Below, piece by piece: positions 47,045 to 56,046 of a DNA stretch of 64,000 nt. The position numbers and the translations under genes are program-made. Origin of the DNA: Polyangiales bacterium (lineage in GTDB: Bacteria; Myxococcota_A; Polyangia; Polyangiales; Ga0077539); contig JBGARZ010000002.1 of NCBI GenBank assembly GCA_044229975.1, positions 736,001-800,000 on the forward strand. Direction: 5' to 3'. How positions within the stretch are numbered: the stretch's first letter is position 1; every line of letters begins with the position of its first letter. The notes under the pieces are model-generated. The model ran no database searches. It worked only from the letters and a program-made list of their open reading frames with translations, and was not told the DNA's origin.

Positions 47045-49480
47045 TCAACGCGCGTCGAGCCAGGACGCCGGGTTCAACCACCCCAGCACCCGCCGCGACC
47101 GCTTCGTCCCGGTGCCCAGCTCGCGCCGCAGCGCCCGCAACCCATCGCGCCACGCCGTGCGCTTGAACGCCTCGGCGTCGGGCTCAGGTCGACCCAGTCG
47201 CGCCTCCATGTGCATCGCGGTCAGCTTGCCGAAGGTCGGCGCCACCGCCGCCACCCGCGACGCGAAGCGCTCCCGCGGCTCACCGTGCTCACGCGAGAGG
47301 CCCGCCTCGGCGAGCAGGTCGAGCGCCTTGCGGTAGCCCACGCGCGGCAGTGATCGGGCGCCGGAGAGCACCACCCGCACGCGACGCCAGAGCTTGATCG
47401 CATACAGCACACCGAGCACCACGCCGAGCACGGAGAGGAGCCCGTAGCCGAAGTCGCGGCCGTAATGGTGCTGCGGCGGCCGGTCGCGTGGGCGCGGCTG
47501 GTCGGGCACCGGCGGTTGCTGCCGAGCCATTTCGCCGAGGATGCGCTGGAGGTCGTCGTCGGTGCCCTGCCCCGGCGGGTCGAGGTTTCGCTCGGCCGCG
47601 ATGTCGAGGACGATCCAGCCGTAGCCCGTCACGTAGAGCTCGGGCCACGCGTGCGCGTCGCCGCCGCGGAGCAGCACCGTCGAGCCGCCGCGGCGGTTGC
47701 TCTCGTCGGAGTGGTAGCCCGCGCTGATGCGCGCCGGGATGCCCAGCGAGCGCCACAAGAAGACCGCGCTGTGGGCGAAGTGGACGCAGTATCCGGTGCG
47801 GTTGCCGAAGAGGAAGTCCGACGTGGGGTCGGGGACGTTCTGGCGGCGCGCGCGGGTCGAGTAGATGAGCTCGTGGTCGAGGTAGAGCTTGATCGCGAGC
47901 GCCTGCGCGAAGGGGTCGTTGCGCAGGCGCTGCGGCAGGCGCTGGTTGACCACGCGCTGGGCGAGCTCGCGGTAGCGCGGGTCGGGGTGAGTCGCGGTGA
48001 AGTACGCGCGCACCTCGGGGGACCAACGCGGGTCGCCCGCGGTGTGGCCGGTGAGCCGACGGTAGTCGACGGTCTGCGACAGCGACTCGAAGCGCCACGC
48101 CCGGCGGAAGCGCTGCGGGTTGGGGTTGGCCGCGGGCAGGTAGCGCACCGGCGACTCCAGCGCGAAGGGATGCGTGTGCTCGGCGATGGCCGCGATGAGT
48201 CCGTGCACGCGGGTGCGACCCGTGACGGCCACCTCGTCGCGGACGCGAGTGTCCATCGTCGGGAAGTCGTCGACCACGTCGCCATCGACGTCGGTGCGCG
48301 TCGTCGGCAGGAGGCGCGTCCCGTTGAACTGGCTCCACACCTCCTGGCGGAAGTAGTAGGCGCCCGACGGCGGCGAATAGTCGTCGTCGAAGACCACCAC
48401 GGCCATCGGGGCGGGAGAGTTGCTCGGTGACTGATCGTCGCTCAGCCGCTCGCTCGCCGAAGGAGGAGGCGGGCGCCCGCTGTCGGAGCCTCCGCTCGAA
48501 CCGCCGCCGTCGAGGTCGATGAGGTTGGGCATCGCCGCGTCGCCCCCGTCGCCGGCGCCGCCCACACCGCCGTCGCCGCCGTCACCGCCGCCGCTCGTTC
48601 CGCCGGCGTCGCCCCCGTCGCTGCCCTGAGCACCGCCGCCGTCCAGGCTGGCATCACTGCCACCGCCGCCGCCCTGCCCCGCATCGCCGCGACGACCGCC
48701 GCCACCACCGCCACCGTCGGGGCCGCCGTGGGGCCCATGTCCGTTGCCCGCGTCGGTCTGCCGAGGCGGCTGGCCAGGGCCCGCGTCGGTCATGCCGAGC
48801 TCGCTCATGGAATCCGGCGTGGGCGTCCCGACCACCTGCACGAGGCCCACCGCCGAGAGGGCGAGCATCACGAGCATCACCAGCGACGAGAGCGCGCGGC
48901 CCGAGCGCGTCTCCGCCACGAGCAAGACGGCGAGCAGCGTCACGGCCGCGCCACCGATGCAGAGCAGCACCTGCGCCGGGTCGATGCCCTGCTGCCACGC
49001 CCAGTCCGACAGCCAGAGCGGGCGCGCGATGACGCCCTCGCGGTGCGACGCGAACACCGACGTGAACGCCACCGTCACCAGGCCCAGCTCCAGGGCCATC
49101 ACCGTCGGCCGTCGCACCGCGGCCATGCGAAGCGCGGCGACGGAGGCGAAGGCCAGCGAGCCGAAGCGCAGCACGCTCGCCGTGACCAGCGCGTTGGCGG
49201 GCCCGGCGATCGACGCGAGGAACTCCGTTCCGACCGCGACGGACGCGACACGCCACAGCGTGAACGCGAGCAGACCGAGACCACCCAGACCCACCGCGGT
49301 GCGAACGCGTGAGCGACCCAGCAGCTCGCCCGCGACCACGCCCAGGACGGCGCCGATCATGGCGGCGGCGAGTGCCTCTCCGAGCGCGACACCCCAGCTC
49401 AACGAGAAGGCCGCGAGAGCCATCGCGAGGGCGCGGGTCGGGTGGCGCCAACCGCCGAGGACGCGTCGCAGCCGCGTCAT
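47045..49480 (-). CDS. Membrane transglutaminase-like protein (TgpA-like)
   Basis: N-terminal multi-TM domain, Gly/Asp linker, GYCVHFA...GIPAR..AGY...AHAWPE...GW..LD catalytic triad, C-terminal TM. Confidence 0.9.
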   Translation of the reverse strand: MTRLRRVLGGWRHPTRALAMALAAFSLSWGVALGEALAAAMIGAVLGVVAGELLGRSRVRTAVGLGGLGLLAFTLWRVASVAVGTEFLASIAGPANALVTASVLRFGSLAFASVAALRMAAVRRPTVMALELGLVTVAFTSVFASHREGVIARPLWLSDWAWQQGIDPAQVLLCIGGAAVTLLAVLLVAETRSGRALSSLVMLVMLALSAVGLVQVVGTPTPDSMSELGMTDAGPGQPPRQTDAGNGHGPHGGPDGGGGGGGRRGDAGQGGGGGSDASLDGGGAQGSDGGDAGGTSGGGDGGDGGVGGAGDGGDAAMPNLIDLDGGGSSGGSDSGRPPPPSASERLSDDQSPSNSPAPMAVVVFDDDYSPPSGAYYFRQEVWSQFNGTRLLPTTRTDVDGDVVDDFPTMDTRVRDEVAVTGRTRVHGLIAAIAEHTHPFALESPVRYLPAANPNPQRFRRAWRFESLSQTVDYRRLTGHTAGDPRWSPEVRAYFTATHPDPRYRELAQRVVNQRLPQRLRNDPFAQALAIKLYLDHELIYSTRARRQNVPDPTSDFLFGNRTGYCVHFAHSAVFLWRSLGIPARISAGYHSDESNRRGGSTVLLRGGDAHAWPELYVTGYGWIVLDIAAERNLDPPGQGTDDDLQRILGEMARQQPPVPDQPRPRDRPPQHHYGRDFGYGLLSVLGVVLGVLYAIKLWRRVRVVLSGARSLPRVGYRKALDLLAEAGLSREHGEPRERFASRVAAVAPTFGKLTAMHMEARLGRPEPDAEAFKRTAWRDGLRALRRELGTGTKRSRRVLGWLNPASWLDAR

Positions 49481-50820
49481 GCAGCCTCCAGCGAGCGGTG
49501 GTGGCCGCCGGGGAAGACCTTGCCACCGACACGATCGACCAGCGTCACCGGCGCGCGGGTGGTGGCGAGCGCCCGGAGCACCGCGGCGACCTCATCGCCA
49601 GGCGCGGGCGTGACGGCGCCAGTCGAGGCAGCGGGGCGCACCTGGAAGGCGAGGCGCGACCACCAGCGGGTCTTCGGCATGGTGGTGATGCCGTCGGTGC
49701 AGACCACGAACTCCACGGGCGATTGCATCTGGTTGGGGGCTGTCCGGGCGCGCACGGTCGCGACGACGCGATCGAGCCACGGCCCCGGTCGACCGGGGAC
49801 GAAGACCACCGCGCGGGCGACACCGCCGGGCGTGGCGCGGGACAGGAAGTCCGACAGCCCCGAGCCCCCCTGTGGGTACGGCGTGAGGGCCGAGCGCGAG
49901 AGCACTTCGAGGGCCTGCGTCGGGGTCTTCGCGTAGGCGTCGTTGCCATCCGCACCGAGCACCCACTCCGAGCCGAGCGCGCCCGTGTCGACGGCCACCC
50001 GAGCGGCCCCGGCAGCGGGCTCGTCGCCTTCGCCGGTCACCAGATACGCGACGGTCTGACGGGTCGGCGCGATGGCGCGCTCGGGCGTTCGGACGACGAG
50101 CTGACGAGAGCGGGCGAAGACCTTCCAGAGCACGAACTTGATGGGGTCGCCGGGCGCGTAGTGGCGAAGGTCGACGCGCTCGCCGTCGGGCGGACCCGCC
50201 GGGTGCGAGATCTCGTCGCCGCCCGCGATGGAGCGCACCACACGCATGGTGCGGAGCGCGCCCATCGAGGGGACGAAGCGCACGACGCGGGTCTCGCGGA
50301 GGGTGAAGGTCACACCGGTGAGACCGAATGCGTCGCTCACCTCGATGCGGCGGACGATCTCTTCGTGCAAACCACGACGCAACGGCGTGACCTCCTCGTG
50401 CAGGCGCCGCTTCAGCGCGACCAATCGGACAGACGCCTCGGGGGACTCCCAGTTCCAGCGGACGCGCACGAAGGGGACGAACCAGAGGTTGGAGAGCGAG
50501 AAACCCGTGCGCGCGGCGTAACCGCACTCGAGCTTGAGCGACTCCTCCTCGCGGCGATGGCGGCCCTGGTACCAGAGCACGATGGCGGTGATGGCCGTCG
50601 TGAGGGTCGCGACCACCCCGAGCGCGAGACCCACCGCCCCGACCACGAGCAACAACAGGTCGATGCGCCGGATGCCGTAGCGAACCATCGCCCACCCGGA
50701 GGCTGCAATCAGGACCAGACCGAGGCCCGTCAGGGGGAAGGCTTCCCTCGCCCGACGCACCAGGGCAGACCCGCGACGGAGGAGCGGCAGCAGGCGTTGT
50801 CGGAGTGGGGCAGGCGGCAT
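49477..50820 (-). CDS. DUF58 domain membrane protein
   Basis: N-terminal TMs, RRG...DAFGL, LRHYAPGDPIKFVLWK..ARS..LVVR. Confidence 0.88.
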   Translation of the reverse strand: MPPAPLRQRLLPLLRRGSALVRRAREAFPLTGLGLVLIAASGWAMVRYGIRRIDLLLLVVGAVGLALGVVATLTTAITAIVLWYQGRHRREEESLKLECGYAARTGFSLSNLWFVPFVRVRWNWESPEASVRLVALKRRLHEEVTPLRRGLHEEIVRRIEVSDAFGLTGVTFTLRETRVVRFVPSMGALRTMRVVRSIAGGDEISHPAGPPDGERVDLRHYAPGDPIKFVLWKVFARSRQLVVRTPERAIAPTRQTVAYLVTGEGDEPAAGAARVAVDTGALGSEWVLGADGNDAYAKTPTQALEVLSRSALTPYPQGGSGLSDFLSRATPGGVARAVVFVPGRPGPWLDRVVATVRARTAPNQMQSPVEFVVCTDGITTMPKTRWWSRLAFQVRPAASTGAVTPAPGDEVAAVLRALATTRAPVTLVDRVGGKVFPGGHHRSLEAA

Positions 50821-50927
50821 CGGATCGGCGGTGCTGAGCGGGTCGGGTCGCGCAGCATGGCACAGCAACCCGCGAGTCGGGGAGGATGATCCGGCCGCGC
50901 GGATTGTGCCCGGAGCGCGGGGACGAT

Positions 50928-51485
50928 TCAGTCGAGGGCGGCCAGCGCGGCGTGCCAGCTCGCGGCGTCGGACTCGTGCAGCGCCACGTCCAGCGGCTGA
51001 GCTGACCCCTCCGACGGAGCTTCGAAGCGGGAGATCGCGAGCAGCGGGACGCGACCGAGCGCCGGGTTGGTGCGGATGGCGCGAGCGAGCGCGTCGGGGT
51101 TGAGCCCCACCATGGCGAGGTCGAGCACCAGGGCCGCGGGGGCACACGCACCGAGCGCCAGCAGCGCGTCGTAGAGATCTTGATGGGGCGTGAGGCTCCA
51201 GCCGTGCGGGAGGGACTCGGCAAAGCGACGGTGCAGGTCGGCGCGCTCAGTGAGGAGAACGACGCGACGGGGTTCGGTCGGGGTTGCGAGCGCGTCGGCG
51301 AGGGTGATGCCGCGAGAGCCCAGGAAGGCTGCCGCGTCGGCGAGGGCGATGCGAACGCTCCGGCCCACGGTGCGCGAGACCCTGATCTCCCCGCGGCGTA
51401 CGGCCTGGAGCACGGTGGTCTTGTGGAGCCCGGCGAGGCGGGCGAGCTCGCCGGCGTGCATGAGCTTCGGGACAGCCGCGGTCAC
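50928..51485 (-). CDS. Excisionase-type HTH fused to an atypical receiver domain
   Basis: AGELARLAGLHKTTVLQAVRRGEI...GRSVRI; LVLDLAM...IRTNPAL..VPLLAIS. Start 51485 or 51461. Confidence 0.75.
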   Translation of the reverse strand: MTAAVPKLMHAGELARLAGLHKTTVLQAVRRGEIRVSRTVGRSVRIALADAAAFLGSRGITLADALATPTEPRRVVLLTERADLHRRFAESLPHGWSLTPHQDLYDALLALGACAPAALVLDLAMVGLNPDALARAIRTNPALGRVPLLAISRFEAPSEGSAQPLDVALHESDAASWHAALAALD

Positions 51486-51621
51486 GGTACGTTCGGCCTT
51501 GCGCGCCCGCGGTCCAGTCACGGCCCGAGACGATAGCCGCTTGGGCGGGGAATGCGGGAGCACAGTCGGGATGCGCCGGAAAGTTGTCTGCCCGACCGCG
51601 AGGGGCCCATGGGAGAAACCC

Positions 51622-51702
51622 ATGGGACTGGTCGTCGTTGCGCTCGTCATCGGCCTCGTCGCGTCGGACCTGCTCGGCCTCATCGGGCGCATCCGAAGCT
51701 GA
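51622..51702 (+). CDS. Putative 26-aa hydrophobic peptide
   Basis: GGGAG RBS 6 nt upstream; MGLVVVALVIGLVASDLLGLIGRIRS; strong GC3 bias. Confidence 0.45.
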   Translation: MGLVVVALVIGLVASDLLGLIGRIRS

Positions 51703-51796
51703 TCGGGGAGTTCCCTCCGGGGCCCGGATGGAAGACCATGCGGTGCTCCCATGAATGCTCCCGGCGTGTCGTGCATCCATCGCCTCGAACCCCCCG

Positions 51797-52459
51797 ATGG
51801 CGACCATGGCACAACCACTCCACGTCCTGGGTGTCTCCTTGACCCGTGACGACGACAGCGCTCCCGCGTACGTCCAGCGCGCCCGGGAGGGCGACACCCG
51901 GGCGTTCAACGAGCTCTTCCGCAACCACCGGCGCGACGTCGCCCGGCTCGTGGCGAGGCTCCTGGGCCCGCGGCCCGAGGTCGAAGACGTGGTGCAGGAG
52001 GTGTTCATCCAGGTGTTTCGCTCGCTGCCCAACTTCCGGGGCGAGTCGCGCTTCACCACGTGGCTCCACCGGGTCGCCGTCAACGTCACGCTGATGCACC
52101 TCCGCGCCGCCCGCAGCCGACCCCGGCTGGGCAACGAGCTCCTCGACGAACCGGCCGCCCCCGAGGGCAACTCCCCCGTCGACCACGCCGCCCGCAACCA
52201 GCGGCTGCGGGCCCTCTACAAGATCCTCGACACCCTCTCCGAGAAGAAGCGCTCCGTGTTCATCCTGCATGACCTCGACGGGGTCCCGGCCGCGCAGATC
52301 GCGGCCATGGTCGAGAGCCCCGTGCTCACCGTGCGCACCCGGTTGTTCTATGCCCGCCGGGAGGTCTATGCCGCGATGGCGGGCGACCCGACGCTGGAGT
52401 CCATCGCCCGCGAGCTCGCGGCCCCCGATGCCATCCCCGAGACTGTGAGCCCGCGATGA
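51797..52459 (+). CDS. ECF RNA polymerase sigma factor
   Basis: GD.RAF.EL, EDVVQEVF, FRGESRFTTWLHRVAVN, TVRTRLFYAR. Confidence 0.93.
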   Translation: MATMAQPLHVLGVSLTRDDDSAPAYVQRAREGDTRAFNELFRNHRRDVARLVARLLGPRPEVEDVVQEVFIQVFRSLPNFRGESRFTTWLHRVAVNVTLMHLRAARSRPRLGNELLDEPAAPEGNSPVDHAARNQRLRALYKILDTLSEKKRSVFILHDLDGVPAAQIAAMVESPVLTVRTRLFYARREVYAAMAGDPTLESIARELAAPDAIPETVSPR

Positions 52460-53937
52460 GCGAACACCCCTCCATCGACGCGCTGCAAGCGCACCTCGAT
52501 GTCCCTGACCCCGAGCTCGATCGTCACTTCGCCGAGTGCGCGACCTGCCGCGATCGTGCGTCGCGCCTCTCCGGTGGCATTGCGCTCATCGACGAGGTGC
52601 GTCGGCTGACGCCCGTTCCGCCGCCCTGGGAGCGGATGGACGAGGTTCTGGCGAAGGAGGCCGAGGCGGTGTCGCGAGACATCCGCGCCGGTCGGCTGCG
52701 CCCGGCGCCGAGGGTCTCCTCGTGGGTAGCGGCCGGGTTCGCCGTAGCCGCGAGCGCGGGTCTCGTGGTGGGTGCCCGGTCGTGGATGAAGTCGCACGAA
52801 GCACCCGTCGTGGCGCCCATCGCGCAACGGGTCGTGACGCCTCCGGTGGTCGAGGCGGTGCTCCCCGCCTACGAGGGCGTCGTGCTCTTGTCGGCGGGCG
52901 GGGCGCGGTACCGCGACGGCGCGAACGCTGAAGGCGCCGTGCTGGCGCGGACGACGAGCCTGCACGAGGGCGGTGGCGTCGAGACGGGTGCGACGGCGCG
53001 CGCGGTGTTCACGGTGCAGAGCGGATGGACGGCGGACGTGCGGAGCGGGTCGTCGGTGCGGCTGTCGCAGCTCCGGACGACGAAGACCACGGTGACGCTC
53101 GACCACGGCGAGCTGGCCCTGGCGCCGACCGCGGGCGAGACCGACGCGGTGCAGGTGCTCCATGGCGGGTGGTCGGTCGAGGCGCACGGTCCGGTGGTGG
53201 CGCGCACCGACGCGACGATGCTGCGGGTGGTGGTGCTCGCGGGTCGGACGGACGTGCGACGTGGGGACGGCGAGGCGCTGTCGGTGACGGGACCGCTGGT
53301 GGTGGAGCTCCCGCTGGATGGGAGCGCTCCGCGGCAGGTGACGGCGGGCGTCGGCGACACCGGGTCCATCGAGCTCGCGGCGCTGGGTGAGCAGGGCAAC
53401 TGGTACGACATCCCGAGCATCGACCCGGCCGCGACGCTGACGCTGATGGGCCACGGCTCGTTGCCATCGGCGCTCGAAGCGGTGCGACTGACGGGGCCGG
53501 GGACGATCCAAGCGCGCATCGGTCGCACCGAGATGCGACTGGAGCTGGGTGTTGGGGGGACGCCGCGGTGGGCGGTGTTCCACGCGCCGGCCGGGCCGGT
53601 GGTCGCGCTCAATCGGGTCAACGCAGTGGCTGCGGCGCAGTCGGAGTCCCAGGCTCCAGATCTCAATCCGGGGCAGTTGCAGGCACTTTCGAACCGTACC
53701 GCAGCACGTATTCGCCACTGCTTTGCGGTGTGCCTGGAGAACAACACGTGCCGTGCTCCTTTGAGTGGCGGCGTCAGGTTCGGCGTCTCCGCGGAGGGGC
53801 GTGCGACGGTTGCCTCTCTCGATCCGTCTCTTGAAGGCGCACGACGATGCCTCGAGATCGACGCGCGATCCCTGCCGATGGCCGCGACCGGGACCCCCTA
53901 CGATCTACGCATCGCCGTGGGCAACGGCAGTCGCTGA
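52456..53937 (+). CDS. Anti-sigma factor: ZAS (HxxxCxxC) + TM + FecR-like domain + C-terminal domain
   Basis: H...HFAECATC, a single TM, beta-rich FecR-like region; ATGA coupling to the sigma gene. Confidence 0.8.
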   Translation: MSEHPSIDALQAHLDVPDPELDRHFAECATCRDRASRLSGGIALIDEVRRLTPVPPPWERMDEVLAKEAEAVSRDIRAGRLRPAPRVSSWVAAGFAVAASAGLVVGARSWMKSHEAPVVAPIAQRVVTPPVVEAVLPAYEGVVLLSAGGARYRDGANAEGAVLARTTSLHEGGGVETGATARAVFTVQSGWTADVRSGSSVRLSQLRTTKTTVTLDHGELALAPTAGETDAVQVLHGGWSVEAHGPVVARTDATMLRVVVLAGRTDVRRGDGEALSVTGPLVVELPLDGSAPRQVTAGVGDTGSIELAALGEQGNWYDIPSIDPAATLTLMGHGSLPSALEAVRLTGPGTIQARIGRTEMRLELGVGGTPRWAVFHAPAGPVVALNRVNAVAAAQSESQAPDLNPGQLQALSNRTAARIRHCFAVCLENNTCRAPLSGGVRFGVSAEGRATVASLDPSLEGARRCLEIDARSLPMAATGTPYDLRIAVGNGSR

Positions 53938-53938
53938 G

Positions 53939-55924
53939 CTACCTCACCTCGTAGACCACTCCCCCAAACACCGCCCTCCCCGGTAGCGGGTACCCCAGGA
54001 AGTCCTGAATCGGTGACGTCACGGACGTCACCTGCCCGATCGGGTTGCACAGCGGCTGTTGTGCCGTTCGCTGGTCGAGCAGGTTGGTCACCTCCAGCGT
54101 CGCGCCCCACCCGCGGAGAAACGCTGGCATCCACCCGACGCGCAGGTCCACCAAGGCCCTCGCTGGAATCGCGGTGCAGTTCGATCGGTCGAGCCACGCG
54201 GGTGACACCACCGAGACCGACGCCGCCGCGCGCACGCTCGCCACGCGCCCCTCCACGCTCACCGACAGGTCACCCCACGGCACCCCCGGAACACTCCGCG
54301 TCCGATCACCGCCGTCTCCGACGATGGCCGGATCGAGCACCGCGCCCGCCAACGTCACGCCCACCCGATCGCGCCACCACACGCGCGCGCTCACCTCCGC
54401 GCCCGTGATCAACACGCGTCCGAAGTTCTCCGCGCGAAAGCGCCCAGGGCCCACCTGCACCAGCGCGATCAGGTCGGTCGCGTCGCGCACGTAGCCGCCC
54501 GCCTCCGCCGCCACCGTCCATGCTCCACGACGCGCTGACAGCGCCAGCGACGCGTCCACGAAGCGCGAGCGCTCCGCCCGCAGGCTCGCGTTGCCCACCA
54601 CCACCCCGCGATCACCGAAGCGCTCTGGCAGCGTCGGTGCACGCGCCGAGAGCCCGCCGTGCACCCGCAGCTCCAGACCGCGACCCAGCCCGAGGTGCGC
54701 GCCCACCCGCGGGCTCAACAGACTCATCGAACCGCCCTGCGTTCCCGCATCGTCCGACAGCGCTTCGGCCACCACGCCTGCCGACCAGCGCAGCGCGCCC
54801 ACCGTCATCGTCGACTCGAAGCCCGCCGTGATCGCACGTCGCGTCGCGTCCACCAGCGTCGACCCGGCGCGCGGCGCGAAGCCCTCCGCGCGCCCCCGCA
54901 GCAGCAGCTCGTGCGTCCCCCGACGCCAGTGTCGACGCAGCCTGAGCTCGGCTTGCCCGCGCCAGGTGTCGCTCTCCGCGCGGTAGCCCGTCACCGTCGG
55001 CGCCGCGCTCGCCGTGCGCCCGTCGAAGAGGTCGCCGCGCGCCATGCCCGTCGCCGACACCTCCGCGTCCCAACCATCACGTCGCCACGTCCACGAGGCC
55101 CGCGCGAGGATCCGCCGCTGCTCCTGAAACGGACCCACCACGGCGGTCGTCCCCGGCCCCGCGATGCCACGGTGCAACCAACCGCCGAGCACCAGCAGAC
55201 AGCCCGTCGAGCGCGACGTCGGTCCGCCCACGCACACACGGTAGAGACCATCGAGCGCATCGCCGCCGTTGTTCACGCGGTCGACCACGCGCCCCGTCGA
55301 CGCGCTCCGACTGCCCGGCTCGTAGTAGGGGAAGTCGCCGTCGGTGCCGCGGTAGTTCACCGCGAAGAGCATCCGCAACGACCCGGCGCCCGCGCCCGCA
55401 CCCGCCGACACACGTCGCGCACCGAACGACCCCGCGCCTGCCGCAGCCCACGCCACGGGGCGCGTGGTGACGTCCCGCAGCCGCAGGTCGACCGCGCCAC
55501 CCAGGCCGCCGAGACCGAGGCGCACCGGGGTGATGCCGCGATAGACGTCCGCCCTCGCGATGAGCGCGGGAGGAATGAGCGAGAGGTCGACGCCGTCACT
55601 CGCCGCATCGTTGAGAACGACCCCGTCGAGGGCGACGAGCAGGTGCGCCGCCGAAGCTCCGCGCAGCACCAGCGTCTCGGTCGAGAGGTCACCACCAGTG
55701 CGTCGCAGGTGCAGACCAGGGGCCTCGTCGAGGAGCGCGCCGACGCCCGCCGCGAGGCGGCCGCGCTCGGTGAGGTCGATGGAGGTGCTCGCGCCCAGGT
55801 TGTTCGAGGGGTCGTCTGACGAAACGAGACGAGGGGCGCGCACCGTCGGAACGCGCGTCTGCGCCGACGCGCCCGCGGCGAAGAGCAGCACGACGAGCGA
55901 GGCGCGTGAGAGGGCTTGGGTCAT
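53939..55924 (-). CDS. TonB-dependent receptor
   Basis: Signal peptide, plug motifs PGL...LRGA...VALDGV.LN and YRG...GGAV, barrel motifs RAPT..E and NLLD, C-terminal PGR. Confidence 0.88.
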   Translation of the reverse strand: MTQALSRASLVVLLFAAGASAQTRVPTVRAPRLVSSDDPSNNLGASTSIDLTERGRLAAGVGALLDEAPGLHLRRTGGDLSTETLVLRGASAAHLLVALDGVVLNDAASDGVDLSLIPPALIARADVYRGITPVRLGLGGLGGAVDLRLRDVTTRPVAWAAAGAGSFGARRVSAGAGAGAGSLRMLFAVNYRGTDGDFPYYEPGSRSASTGRVVDRVNNGGDALDGLYRVCVGGPTSRSTGCLLVLGGWLHRGIAGPGTTAVVGPFQEQRRILARASWTWRRDGWDAEVSATGMARGDLFDGRTASAAPTVTGYRAESDTWRGQAELRLRRHWRRGTHELLLRGRAEGFAPRAGSTLVDATRRAITAGFESTMTVGALRWSAGVVAEALSDDAGTQGGSMSLLSPRVGAHLGLGRGLELRVHGGLSARAPTLPERFGDRGVVVGNASLRAERSRFVDASLALSARRGAWTVAAEAGGYVRDATDLIALVQVGPGRFRAENFGRVLITGAEVSARVWWRDRVGVTLAGAVLDPAIVGDGGDRTRSVPGVPWGDLSVSVEGRVASVRAAASVSVVSPAWLDRSNCTAIPARALVDLRVGWMPAFLRGWGATLEVTNLLDQRTAQQPLCNPIGQVTSVTSPIQDFLGYPLPGRAVFGGVVYEVR

Positions 55925-56046
55925 CACGGAGGGGGCGCCGTTGATGTACCCCGCGGAGCGCGGCGTCGGGACGAGGAGACGCCCGGGAAGCGAAAGGTTT
56001 CCGTTGCGCCGCCGATGACGAGTGGGGCAACCTGCCAGACAATCGG

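Noticed and set aside
50928..51485. Excisionase-like HTH as evidence of a prophage
   Set aside because: It is fused to a receiver-like domain and has no phage or integrase neighbours, so it is most likely a chromosomal regulator.
55930..56046. Possible cobalamin riboswitch upstream of the TonB-dependent receptor (GGGAAG ... ACCTGCC)
   Set aside because: The fragments are on the strand opposite the receptor, the GCCACTG and 5' core elements are missing, and the gap is only about 120 bp.
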